Shown here: positions 13,710 to 28,400 of the stretch, piece by piece
Numbering within the stretch: the stretch's first letter is position 1
Layout of the letters: each line of letters opens with the position of its first letter
Origin: Nemertoderma westbladi
Lineage: Eukaryota; Animalia; Xenacoelomorpha
Reading direction: 5' to 3'
DNA length: 61,204 nt
NCBI GenBank assembly: GCA_032718475.1
Contig: JAUCBJ010009128.1
Coordinates: forward strand, 1 to 61,204
Notes under the pieces: generated by a model
Told to the model about the DNA's origin: nothing
Database searches by the model: none
What the model saw: only the letters and a program-made list of their open reading frames with translations
Made by a program: the position numbers and the translations under genes

Positions 13710-14371
13710 TGATTTCAGGACAGTGTTGGTGTTATTAAACAATTTTTAACGAAAATTCCACGGAATCCCGCAACTGCCCCCACTTACTCAAAACAACTAA
13801 TATTCGGTCCTATATTTTTTATAAAGGTATAAAGGTAAAGTTACCGTATTTCGTTACGTTACGGTTGAAAAACTGAATTTTTTACGTTACGATATTACAT
13901 TACACGGAATAATTTCCAAATTACGTTACGTTACTGAATTCCGAAAAAAATAATTGCGTATTACCGAAAATACCGTAACGTAATAACCGGTTCAGATTCC
14001 ATAGGACCACAAAGATAATTTATAGTATCATCCTATTTTTGTCTAAAAATAGGATAATAGAGAATAGTAGTTTCAATGTTTTGAAATTGCAAATTAACTT
14101 AACATCAAATTAACATCAAATTTCCCGCTTTATTGATCACTATTCTGTATTCCTGTGTAGAACCATGGCCCACAGTACCGGTACTGACGGTATTCCAGTC
14201 AGCTTTGGTATAACGGGAACGGGAACGGGTAGCTATCATACAAAAACATATCTACTACTGTTCTAGAATATTCTCCCAATACTAAACAACATTAAAAAAA
14301 TATTATATTCTGGAATTTCTGTGATATAAAATCCCGGGGCCTACTGTCCGGGGGGCTACTGTCCTAATACT

Positions 14372-15419
14372 CGGCAGCTCCAAACCATAACCCAGTAAGT
14401 ACGGTACATTTTTTGACTTTTCGAGATAATCGCGTTTAAAGTTTTTGGACTTTAAACAGCTGGCATTTGGTTGAAATTTAATTTGATGAGTTTTAATTTT
14501 GTGTACCTTTACAAATTGTACATATATATTAGTGCCAAAACTTTTTTTTTTATTTATTCCTTACTTTTCATATAAATCGACTTACACGGTTTTGGTAGGT
14601 AGAAAAGAAAACAATTGTGATTTTTGATGCATCAATACCCAGTAACGTCATGATTTCCATTTCAAAACACAGTAACTAATTTGCCCACACCAAAACCCAG
14701 TAAACTAATATTTAACTTTTCCAATTAGTTACCTTTCCCATGCCAAAACCCAGTAACTCTGACTTCCTTCGCCAACGGTTAGCGAAAACAAAGCGGCAAC
14801 ATTCTAGAATATAATATTCTAGAACATTTAATTATTTGTCTACGTCTGTTGCGTTGCCGGAGTTACTGGGTTTTGGTTTGGCATAGTATCTGCATTCGGG
14901 AAATCCCACGTCAAAACCCAGTATCTCAAACTGCTGGAAACCCAGTAACTCTGTTTACTGGGTTTTGACGTGGTAAATCTGACATTGACAATACATACAT
15001 ACATACTGGGTTTTGACTTAGACAATTTGTCTTTCGGAAACGATACTCAATTTTTTCAGAAAATACCAGGTAAAAACCCAGTAAAGAATTTTGCTCGAAA
15101 CCCAGTAAGTGCAGTTATTGGGTATTGGCGTAGGATTTTGGGATTTTTGAGCACATTTGGGTTTTGATGGAGTAACTTTTTCAAAATAACACCAGAAAGG
15201 ATAAACGAAACCCAGTAACTGGCATTACTGTGTTTCGACGTGGTATTTGCTTTAAATTAGCTAATTAGTTAATTAATTAATTGTTAATACTGCGAAATCG
15301 GTTAGTGCTATGGTTTCGAAACTGAGTCAGATGAATTCTACGCCCCCAAAAAACCCTAAAAATCGAAAAAAATATATTTCGAAAAAAATTTACATACAGG
15401 TTTTGGTTTGGAGCTGCCG
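14372..15419. mobile_element. Non-autonomous TIR DNA element (~1.05 kb)
   Basis: TIRs CGGCAGCTCCAAACCA(T/A)AACC at both ends. Flanking TACT duplicated (14368-14371, 15420-15423). More than a dozen internal AACCCAGTAA-like motifs in both orientations. Confidence 0.85.
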
Positions 15420-16445
15420 TACTGCTTCTAGTCGCTAGGAAACTAAACTTTACTCCCTTAACTCCGGTATAAAACGTTATTATTATTTTCCTTATGATAA
15501 ACTAAGAATTTATTAATCTTGAAATTAACTCCGAAACTTTGTGAGTTGAAACTCAGGACGAGAATTATTGTGTTCTAGAACTCTGTATTTAGACGCCTTC
15601 AGATTGGTCGAATTTTAATAGTGTCGCTGGAACTCTAAACAGATTAATTTGTCGAGTCCTCAAACTATTATTTAGGTCATAGTTTAGAATATGTAGTTTA
15701 TGTTGTTTTTGTGTTGTTGTACTTGTTAAGTAGCCTATAGTGAAGAAGTGCGCGTATAATTAGGTTTTGACAATATTGATAGGGGGACTTCATCATAAAT
15801 AACTGGAGAAGCCAGGAAGCTGGCTATAAGAAGACCGTATTCACAGACAAACAAAACCGTTTAACGCCCATTGCACCTTAAATGGAACATGGTATATGGA
15901 GAGACATGGGCGGCTGCTGCTTTGAAAAAGACGTGATTTTTTTTTATATGAGTAAAATACATGTTTCCTCACATAATGACACCTTACTTGACCAAATTTT
16001 ATCAATTTCAAAACTGGAAATTGCCTGTTGAAAAGTGCCATTTTTGAAAAGTCTTTTTGAATCTTAAAATTATGAGATGTGGGGTGGTCAAAAATTTTCG
16101 AAAATTAGCTTTCCTGTTGGCCTGAATGCTATGTTAATCGTTTTTATCAGTTTTAGCTTTCAAATAATTATTTAACAATGTTTAATACAGCAGCAAAGTG
16201 AAATGTTCCATTTAAGGTGCGTTGTGACTTCAAACACATTTTTTTTACATTTTTTTTCGAAAATTGCTTCATATACTAACAGTTATATTTACTGTACAAT
16301 TATGTTGCTATTACGCATCATTTTACCTCGTTTAGCTGTCATACAGTCCACATTCTAGACCTGACTCGAATAAATTGCATTTTCTTGCCCTGCTTTTGAT
16401 CAACTTTCAAAAAATGTCTACAAGTTGTCCAAGTTGCACAAGTTG

Positions 16446-19400
16446 TCTTATTTCATTTACATTATAAGTAGCAGTACTAAGTTCTTATTTCATTTACATT
16501 ATAAGTAGCAGTACTAAGTTCTTATTTCATTTACATTATAAGTAGCAGTACTAAGTTCTTATTTCATTTACATTATAAGTAGCAGTACTAAGTTCTTATT
16601 TCATTTACATTATAAGTAGCAGTACTAAGTTCTTATTTCATTTACATTATAAGTAGCAGTACTAAGTTCTTATTTCATTTACATTATAAGTAGCAGTACT
16701 AAGTTCTTATTTCATTTACATTATAAGTAGCAGTACTAAGTTCTTATTTCATTTACATTATAAGTAGCAGTACTAAGTTCTTATTTCATTTACATTATAA
16801 GTAGCAGTACTAAGTTCTTATTTCATTTACATTATAAGTAGCAGTACTAAGTTCTTATTTCATTTACATTATAAGTAGCAGTACTAAGTTCTTATTTCAT
16901 TTACATTATAAGTAGCAGTACTAAGTTCTTATTTCATTTACATTATAAGTAGCAGTACTAAGTTCTTATTTCATTTACATTATAAGTAGCAGTACTAAGT
17001 TCTTATTTCATTTACATTATAAGTAGCAGTACTAAGTTCTTATTTCATTTACATTATAAGTAGCAGTACTAAGTTCTTATTTCATTTACATTATAAGTAG
17101 CAGTACTAAGTTCTTATTTCATTTACATTATAAGTAGCAGTACTAAGTTCTTATTTCATTTACATTATAAGTAGCAGTACTAAGTTCTTATTTCATTTAC
17201 ATTATAAGTAGCAGTACTAAGTTCTTATTTCATTTACATTATAAGTAGCAGTACTAAGTTCTTATTTCATTTACATTATAAGTAGCAGTACTAAGTTCTT
17301 ATTTCATTTACATTATAAGTAGCAGTACTAAGTTCTTATTTCATTTACATTATAAGTAGCAGTACTAAGTTCTTATTTCATTTACATTATAAGTAGCAGT
17401 ACTAAGTTCTTATTTCATTTACATTATAAGTAGCAGTACTAAGTTCTTATTTCATTTACATTATAAGTAGCAGTACTAAGTTCTTATTTCATTTACATTA
17501 TAAGTAGCAGTACTAAGTTCTTATTTCATTTACATTATAAGTAGCAGTACTAAGTTCTTATTTCATTTACATTATAAGTAGCAGTACTAAGTTCTTATTT
17601 CATTTACATTATAAGTAGCAGTACTAAGTTCTTATTTCATTTACATTATAAGTAGCAGTACTAAGTTCTTATTTCATTTACATTATAAGTAGCAGTACTA
17701 AGTTCTTATTTCATTTACATTATAAGTAGCAGTACTAAGTTCTTATATCATTTACATTATAAGTAGCAGTACTAAGTTCTTATTTCATTTACATTAAAAG
17801 TAGCAGTCCTAAGTTCTTATTTCATTTACATTATAAGTAGCAGTACTAAGTTCTTATTTCATTTACATTATAAGTAGCAGTACTAAGTTCTTATTTCATT
17901 TACATTATAAGTAGCAGTACTAAGTTCTTATTTCATTTACATTATAAGTAGCAGTACTAAGTTCTTATTTCATTTACATTATAAGTAGCAGTACTAAGTT
18001 CTTATTTCATTTACATTATAAGTAGCAGTACTAAGTTCTTATTTCATTTACATTATAAGTAGCAGTACTAAGTTCTTATTTCATTTACATTATAAGTAGC
18101 AGTACTAAGTTCTTATTTCATTTACATTATAAGTAGCAGTACTAAGTTCTTATTTCATTTACATTATAAGTAGCAGTACTAAGTTCTTATTTCATTTACA
18201 TTATAAGTAGCAGTCCTAAGTTCTTATTTCATTTACATTATAAGTAGCAGTAGCAGTACTAAGTTCTTATTTCATTTACATTATAAGTAGCAGTACTAAG
18301 TTCTTATTTCATTTACATTATAAGTAGCAGTACTAAGTTCTTATTTCATTTACATTATAAGTAGCAGTACTAAGTTCTTATTTCATTTACATTATAAGTA
18401 GCAGTACTAAGATCTTATTTCATTTACATTATAAGTAGCAGTCCTAAGTTCTTATTTCATTTACATTATAAGTAGCAGTACTAAGTTCTTATATCATTTA
18501 CATTATAAGTAGCAGTACTAAGTTCTTATATCATTTACATTATAAGTAGCAGTACTAAGTTCTTATTTCATTTACATTATAAGTAGCAGTACTAAGTTCT
18601 TATTTCATTTACATTCTAAGTAGCAGTAGCAGTACTAAGTTCTTATTTCATTTACATTATAAGTAGCAGTCCTAAGTTCTTATTTCATTTACATTATAAG
18701 TAGCAGTCCTAAGTTCTTATTTCATTTACATTATAAGTAGCAGTACTAAGTTCTAATTTCATTTACATTATAAGTAGCAGTACTAAGTTCTTATTTCATT
18801 TACATTATAAGTAGCAGTACTAAGTTCTTATTTCATTTACATTATAAGTAGCAGTACTAAGTTCTTATTTCATTTACATTATAAGTAGCAGTACTAAGTT
18901 CTTATTTCATTTACATTATAAGTAGCAGTACTAAGTTCTTATTTCATTTACATTATAAGTAGCAGTACTAAGTTCTTATTTCATTTACATTATAAGTAGC
19001 AGTACTAAGTTCTTATTTCATTTACATTATAAGTAGCAGTCCTAAGTTCTTATTTCATTTACATTATAAGTAGCAGTACTAAGTTCTTATTTCATTTACA
19101 TTATAAGTAGCAGTACTAAGTTCTTATTTCATTTACATTATAAGTAGCAGTACTAAGTTCTTATTTCATTTACATTATAAGTAGCAGTACTAAGTTCTTA
19201 TTTCATTTACATTATAAGTAGCAGTCCTAAGTTCTTATTTCATTTACATTATAAGTAGCAGTCCTAAGTTCTTATTTCATTTACATTCTAAGTAGCAGTA
19301 GCAGTACTAAGTTCTTATTTCATTTACATTATAAGTAGCAGTACTAAGTTCTTATTTCATTTACATTATAAGTAGCAGTCCTAAGTTCTTATTTCATTTA

Positions 19401-22400
19401 CATTATAAGTAGCAGTACTAAGTTCTTATTTCATTTACATTATAAGTAGCAGTACTAAGTTCTTATTTCATTTACATTATAAGTAGCAGTACTAAGTTCT
19501 TATTTCATTTACATTATAAGTAGCAGTCCTAAGTTCTTATTTCATTTACATTATAAGTAGCAGTACTAAGTTCTTATTTCATTTACATTATAAGTAGCAG
19601 TACTAAGTTCTTATTTCATTTACATTATAAGTAGCAGTACTAAGTTCTTATTTCATTTACATTATAAGTAGCAGTCCTAAGTTCTTATTTCATTTACATT
19701 CTAAGTAGCAGTAGCAGTACTAAGTTCTTATTTCATTTACATTATAAGTAGCAGTACTAAGTTCTTATTTCATTTACATTATAAGTAGCAGTACTAAGTT
19801 CTTATTTCATTTTCATTATAAGTAGCAGTACTAAGTTCTTATTTCATTTACATTATAAGTAGCAGTACTAAGTTCTTATTTCATTTACATTATAAGTAGC
19901 AGTACTAAGTTCTTATTTCATTTACATTATAAGTAGCAGTACTAAGTTCTTATTTCATTTACATTATAAGTAGCAGTACTAAGTTCTTATTTCATTTACA
20001 TTATAAGTAGCAGTACTAAGTTCTTATTTCATTTACATTATAAGTAGCAGTACTAAGTTCTTATTTCATTTACATTATAAGTAGCAGTACTAAGTTCTTA
20101 TTTCATTTACATTATAAGTAGCAGTACTAAGTTCTTATTTCATTTACATTATAAGTAGCAGTACTAAGTTCTTATTTCATTTACATTATAAGTAGCAGTA
20201 CTAAGTTCTTATTTCATTTACATTATAAGTAGCAGTACTAAGTTCTTATTTCATTTACATTATAAGTAGCAGTACTAAGTTCTTATTTCATTTACATTAT
20301 AAGTAGCAGTACTAAGTTCTTATTTCATTTACATTATAAGTAGCAGTACTAAGTTCTTATTTCATTTACATTATAAGTAGCAGTACTAAGTTCTTATTTC
20401 ATTTACATTATAAGTAGCAGTACTAAGTTCTTATTTCATTTACATTATAAGTAGCAGTACTAAGTTCTTATTTCATTTACATTATAAGTAGCAGTACTAA
20501 GTTCTTATTTCATTTACATTATAAGTAGCAGTACTAAGTTCTTATTTCATTTACATTATAAGTAGCAGTACTAAGTTCTTATATCATTTACATTATAAGT
20601 AGCAGTACTAAGTTCTTATTTCATTTACATTAAAAGTAGCAGTCCTAAGTTCTTATTTCATTTACATTATAAGTAGCAGTACTAAGTTCTTATTTCATTT
20701 ACATTATAAGTAGCAGTACTAAGTTCTTATTTCATTTACATTATAAGTAGCAGTACTAAGTTCTTATTTCATTTACATTATAAGTAGCAGTACTAAGTTC
20801 TTATTTCATTTACATTATAAGTAGCAGTACTAAGTTCTTATTTCATTTACATTATAAGTAGCAGTACTAAGTTCTTATTTCATTTACATTATAAGTAGCA
20901 GTACTAAGTTCTTATTTCATTTACATTATAAGTAGCAGTACTAAGTTCTTATTTCATTTACATTATAAGTAGCAGTACTAAGTTCTTATTTCATTTACAT
21001 TATAAGTAGCAGTACTAAGTTCTTATTTCATTTACATTATAAGTAGCAGTCCTAAGTTCTTATTTCATTTACATTATAAGTAGCAGTAGCAGTACTAAGT
21101 TCTTATTTCATTTACATTATAAGTAGCAGTACTAAGTTCTTATTTCATTTACATTATAAGTAGCAGTACTAAGTTCTTATTTCATTTACATTATAAGTAG
21201 CAGTACTAAGTTCTTATTTCATTTACATTATAAGTAGCAGTACTAAGTTCTTATTTCATTTACATTATAAGTAGCAGTCCTAAGTTCTTATTTCATTTAC
21301 ATTATAAGTAGCAGTACTAAGTTCTTATATCATTTACATTATAAGTAGCAGTACTAAGTTCTTATATCATTTACATTATAAGTAGCAGTACTAAGTTCTT
21401 ATTTCATTTACATTATAAGTAGCAGTACTAAGTTCTTATTTCATTTACATTCTAAGTAGCAGTAGCAGTACTAAGTTCTTATTTCATTTACATTATAAGT
21501 AGCAGTCCTAAGTTCTTATTTCATTTACATTATAAGTAGCAGTCCTAAGTTCTTATTTCATTTACATTATAAGTAGCAGTACTAAGTTCTAATTTCATTT
21601 ACATTATAAGTAGCAGTACTAAGTTCTTATTTCATTTACATTATAAGTAGCAGTACTAAGTTCTTATTTCATTTACATTATAAGTAGCAGTACTAAGTTC
21701 TTATTTCATTTACATTATAAGTAGCAGTACTAAGTTCTTATTTCATTTACATTATAAGTAGCAGTACTAAGTTCTTATTTCATTTACATTATAAGTAGCA
21801 GTACTAAGTTCTTATTTCATTTACATTATAAGTAGCAGTACTAAGTTCTTATTTCATTTACATTATAAGTAGCAGTCCTAAGTTCTTATTTCATTTACAT
21901 TATAAGTAGCAGTACTAAGTTCTTATTTCATTTACATTATAAGTAGCAGTACTAAGTTCTTATTTCATTTACATTATAAGTAGCAGTACTAAGTTCTTAT
22001 TTCATTTACATTATAAGTAGCAGTACTAAGTTCTTATTTCATTTACATTATAAGTAGCAGTCCTAAGTTCTTATTTCATTTACATTATAAGTAGCAGTCC
22101 TAAGTTCTTATTTCATTTACATTCTAAGTAGCAGTAGCAGTACTAAGTTCTTATTTCATTTACATTATAAGTAGCAGTACTAAGTTCTTATTTCATTTAC
22201 ATTATAAGTAGCAGTCCTAAGTTCTTATTTCATTTACATTATAAGTAGCAGTACTAAGTTCTTATTTCATTTACATTATAAGTAGCAGTACTAAGTTCTT
22301 ATTTCATTTACATTATAAGTAGCAGTACTAAGTTCTTATTTCATTTACATTATAAGTAGCAGTCCTAAGTTCTTATTTCATTTACATTATAAGTAGCAGT

Positions 22401-25400
22401 ACTAAGTTCTTATTTCATTTACATTATAAGTAGCAGTACTAAGTTCTTATTTCATTTACATTATAAGTAGCAGTACTAAGTTCTTATTTCATTTACATTA
22501 TAAGTAGCAGTCCTAAGTTCTTATTTCATTTACATTCTAAGTAGCAGTAGCAGTACTAAGTTCTTATTTCATTTACATTATAAGTAGCAGTACTAAGTTC
22601 TTATTTCATTTACATTATAAGTAGCAGTACTAAGTTCTTATTTCATTTACATTATAAGTAGCAGTACTAAGTTCTTATTTCATTTACATTATAAGTAGCA
22701 GTACTAAGTTCTTATTTCATTTACATTATAAGTAGCAGTACTAAGTTCTTATTTCATTTACATTATAAGTAGCAGTACTAAGTTCTTATTTCATTTACAT
22801 TATAAGTAGCAGTACTAAGTTCTTATTTCATTTACATTATAAGTAGCAGTACTAAGTTCTTATTTCATTTACATTATAAGTAGCAGTACTAAGTTCTTAT
22901 TTCATTTACATTATAAGTAGCAGTACTAAGTTCTTATTTCATTTACATTATAAGTAGCAGTACTAAGTTCTTATTTCATTTACATTATAAGTAGCAGTAC
23001 TAAGTTCTTATTTCATTTACATTATAAGTAGCAGTACTAAGTTCTTATTTCATTTACATTATAAGTAGCAGTACTAAGTTCTTATTTCATTTACATTATA
23101 AGTAGCAGTACTAAGTTCTTATTTCATTTACATTATAAGTAGCAGTACTAAGTTCTTATTTCATTTACATTATAAGTAGCAGTACTAAGTTCTTATTTCA
23201 TTTACATTATAAGTAGCAGTACTAAGTTCTTATTTCATTTACATTATAAGTAGCAGTACTAAGTTCTTATTTCATTTACATTATAAGTAGCAGTACTAAG
23301 TTCTTATTTCATTTACATTATAAGTAGCAGTACTAAGTTCTTATTTCATTTACATTATAAGTAGCAGTACTAAGTTCTTATTTCATTTACATTATAAGTA
23401 GCAGTACTAAGTTCTTATTTCATTTACATTATAAGTAGCAGTACTAAGTTCTTATTTCATTTACATTATAAGTAGCAGTACTAAGTTCTTATTTCATTTA
23501 CATTATAAGTAGCAGTCCTAAGTTCTTATTTCATTTACATTATAAGTAGCAGTACTAAGTTCTTATTTCATTTACATTATAAGTAGCAGTACTAAGTTCT
23601 TATTTCATTTACATTATAAGTAGCAGTACTAAGTTCTTATTTCATTTACATTATAAGTAGCAGTACTAAGTTCTTATTTCATTTACATTATAAGTAGCAG
23701 TCCTAAGTTCTTATTTCATTTACATTATAAGTAGCAGTCCTAAGTTCTTATTTCATTTACATTCTAAGTAGCAGTAGCAGTACTAAGTTCTTATTTCATT
23801 TACATTATAAGTAGCAGTACTAAGTTCTTATTTCATTTACATTATAAGTAGCAGTCCTAAGTTCTTATTTCATTTACATTATAAGTAGCAGTACTAAGTT
23901 CTTATTTCATTTACATTATAAGTAGCAGTACTAAGTTCTTATTTCATTTACATTATAAGTAGCAGTACTAAGTTCTTATTTCATTTACATTATAAGTAGC
24001 AGTCCTAAGTTCTTATTTCATTTACATTATAAGTAGCAGTACTAAGTTCTTATTTCATTTACATTATAAGTAGCAGTACTAAGTTCTTATTTCATTTACA
24101 TTATAAGTAGCAGTACTAAGTTCTTATTTCATTTACATTATAAGTAGCAGTCCTAAGTTCTTATTTCATTTACATTCTAAGTAGCAGTAGCAGTACTAAG
24201 TTCTTATTTCATTTACATTATAAGTAGCAGTACTAAGTTCTTATTTCATTTACATTATAAGTAGCAGTACTAAGTTCTTATTTCATTTACATTATAAGTA
24301 GCAGTACTAAGTTCTTATTTCATTTACATTATAAGTAGCAGTACTAAGTTCTTATTTCATTTACATTATAAGTAGCAGTACTAAGTTCTTATTTCATTTA
24401 CATTATAAGTAGCAGTACTAAGTTCTTATTTCATTTACATTATAAGTAGCAGTACTAAGTTCTTATTTCATTTACATTATAAGTAGCAGTACTAAGTTCT
24501 TATTTCATTTACATTATAAGTAGCAGTACTAAGTTCTTATTTCATTTACATTATAAGTAGCAGTACTAAGTTCTTATTTCATTTACATTATAAGTAGCAG
24601 TACTAAGTTCTTATTTCATTTACATTATAAGTAGCAGTACTAAGTTCTTATTTCATTTACATTATAAGTAGCAGTACTAAGTTCTTATTTCATTTACATT
24701 ATAAGTAGCAGTACTAAGTTCTTATTTCATTTACATTATAAGTAGCAGTCCTAAGTTCTTATTTCATTTACATTATAAGTAGCAGTAGCAGTACTAAGTT
24801 CTTATTTCATTTACATTATAAGTAGCAGTACTAAGTTCTTATTTCATTTACATTATAAGTAGCAGTACTAAGTTCTTATTTCATTTACATTATAAGTAGC
24901 AGTACTAAGTTCTTATTTCATTTACATTATAAGTAGCAGTACTAAGTTCTTATTTCATTTACATTATAAGTAGCAGTCCTAAGTTCTTATTTCATTTACA
25001 TTATAAGTAGCAGTACTAAGTTCTTATATCATTTACATTATAAGTAGCAGTACTAAGTTCTTATATCATTTACATTATAAGTAGCAGTACTAAGTTCTTA
25101 TTTCATTTACATTCTAAGTAGCAGTAGCAGTACTAAGTTCTTATTTCATTTACATTATAAGTAGCAGTCCTAAGTTCTTATTTCATTTACATTATAAGTA
25201 GCAGTCCTAAGTTCTTATTTCATTTACATTATAAGTAGCAGCAGCAGTACTAAGTTCTTATTTCATTTACATTATAAGTAGCAGTACTAAGTTCTTATTT
25301 CATTTACATTATAAGTAGCAGTACTAAGTTCTTATTTCATTTACATTATAAGTAGCAGTCCTAAGTTCTTATTTCATTTACATTATAAGTAGCAGTACTA

Positions 25401-28400
25401 AGTTCTTATTTCATTTACATTATAAGTAGCAGTACTAAGTTCTTATTTCATTTACATTATAAGTAGCAGTACTAAGTTCTTATTTCATTTACATTATAAG
25501 TAGCAGTCCTAAGTTCTTATTTCATTTACATTATAAGTAGCAGTACTAAGTTCTTATTTCATTTACATTATAAGTAGCAGTACTAAGTTCTTATTTCATT
25601 TACATTATAAGTAGCAGTCCTAAGTTCTTATTTCATTTACATTATAAGTAGCAGTACTAAGTTCTTATTTCATTTACATTATAAGTAGCAGTACTAAGTT
25701 CTTATTTCATTTACATTATAAGTAGCAGTACTAAGTTCTTATTTCATTTACATTATAAGTAGCAGTACTAAGTTCTTATTTCATTTACATTATAAGTAGC
25801 AGTCCTAAGTTCTTATTTCATTTACATTATAAGTAGCAGTACTAAGTTCTTATATCATTTACATTATAAGTAGCAGTACTAAGTTCTTATATCATTTACA
25901 TTATAAGTAGCAGTACTAAGTTCTTATTTCATTTACATTCTAAGTAGCAGTAGCAGTACTAAGTTCTTATTTCATTTACATTATAAGTAGCAGTCCTAAG
26001 TTCTTATTTCATTTACATTATAAGTAGCAGTCCTAAGTTCTTATTTCATTTACATTATAAGTAGCAGTACTAAGTTCTTATTTCATTTACATTATAAGTA
26101 GCAGTACTAAGTTCTTATTTCATTTACATTATAAGTAGCAGTCCTAAGTTCTTATTTCATTTACATTATAAGTAGCAGTACTAAGTTCTTANNNNNNNNN
26201 NNNNNNNNNNNNNNNNNNNNNNNNNNNNNNNNNNNNNNNNNNNNNNNNNNNNNNNNNNNNNNNNNNNNNNNNNNNNNNNNNNNNNNNNNNNACATTATAA
26301 GTAGCAGTACTAAGTTCTTATTTCATTTACATTATAAGTAGCAGTACTAAGTTCTTATTTCATTTACATTATAAGTAGCAGTACTAAGTTCTTATTTCAT
26401 TTACATTATAAGTAGCAGTACTAAGTTCTTATATCATTTACATTATAAGTAGCAGTACTAAGTTCTTATTTCATTTACATTATAAGTAGCAGTACTAAGT
26501 TCTTATTTCATTTACATTATAAGTAGCAGTCCTAAGTTCTTATTTCATTTACATTATAAGTAGCAGTACTAAGTTCTTATTTCATTTACATTATAAGTAG
26601 CAGTACTAAGTTCTTATTTCATTTACATTATAAGTAGCAGTCCTAAGTTCTTATTTCATTTACATTATAAGTAGCAGTACTAAGTTCTTATTTCATTTAC
26701 ATTATAAGTAGCAGTACTAAGTTCTTATTTCATTTACATTATAAGTAGCAGTCCTAAGTTCTTATTTCATTTACATTATAAGTAGCAGTACTAAGTTCTT
26801 ATTTCATTTACATTATAAGTAGCAGTACTAAGTTCTTATTTCATTTACATTATAAGTAGCAGTCCTAAGTTCTTATTTCATTTACATTATAAGTAGCAGT
26901 ACTAAGTTCTTATTTCATTTACATTATAAGTAGCAGTACTAAGTTCTTATTTCATTTACATTATAAGTAGCAGTACTAAGTTCTTATTTCATTTACATTA
27001 TAAGTAGCAGTACTAAGTTCTTATTTCATTTACATTATAAGTAGCAGTCCTAAGTTCTTATTTCATTTACATTATAAGTAGCAGTCCTAAGTTCTTATTT
27101 CATTTACATTATAAGTAGCAGTACTAAGTTCTTATTTCATTTACATTATAAGTAGCAGTACTAAGTTCTTATTTCATTTACATTATAAGTAGCAGTACTA
27201 AGTTCTTATTTCATTTACATTATAAGTAGCAGTACTAAGTTCTTATTTCATTTACATTATAAGTAGCAGTACTAAGTTCTTATTTCATTTACATTATAAG
27301 TAGCAGTAGCAGTACTAAGTTCTTATTTCATTTACATTATAAGTAGCAGTACTAAGTTCTTATTTCATTTACATTATAAGTAGCAGTACTAAGTTCTTAT
27401 TTCATTTACATTATAAGTAGCAGTACTAAGTTCTTATTTCATTTACATTATAAGTAGCAGTACTAAGTTCTTATTTCATTTACATTATAAGTAGCAGTAC
27501 TAAGTTCTTATTTCATTTACATTATAAGTAGCAGTACTAAGTTCTTATTTCATTTACATTATAAGTAGCAGTACTAAGTTCTTATTTCATTTACATTATA
27601 AGTAGCAGTCCTAAGTTCTTATTTCATTTACATTCTAAGTAGCAGTAGCAGTACTAAGTTCTTATTTCATTTACATTATAAGTAGCAGTACTAAGTTCTT
27701 ATTTCATTTACATTATAAGTAGCAGTACTAAGTTCTTATTTCATTTACATTATAAGTAGCAGTACTAAGTTCTTATTTCATTTACATTATAAGTAGCAGT
27801 ACTAAGTTCTTATTTCATTTACATTATAAGTAGCAGTACTAAGTTCTTATTTCATTTACATTATAAGTAGCAGTCCTAAGTTCTTATTTCATTTACATTA
27901 TAAGTAGCAGTAGCAGTACTAAGTTCTTATTTCATTTACATTATAAGTAGCAGTACTAAGTTCTTATTTCATTTACATTATAAGTAGCAGTACTAAGTTC
28001 TTATTTCATTTACATTATAAGTAGCAGTACTAAGTTCTTATTTCATTTACATTATAAGTAGCAGTACTAAGTTCTTATTTCATTTACATTATAAGTAGCA
28101 GTCCTAAGTTCTTATTTCATTTACATTATAAGTAGCAGTACTAAGTTCTTATATCATTTACATTATAAGTAGCAGTACTAAGTTCTTATATCATTTACAT
28201 TATAAGTAGCAGTACTAAGTTCTTATTTCATTTACATTCTAAGTAGCAGTAGCAGTACTAAGTTCTTATTTCATTTACATTATAAGTAGCAGTCCTAAGT
28301 TCTTATTTCATTTACATTATAAGTAGCAGTACTAAGTTCTTATTTCATTTACATTATAAGTAGCAGTACTAAGTTCTTATTTCATTTACATTATAAGTAG

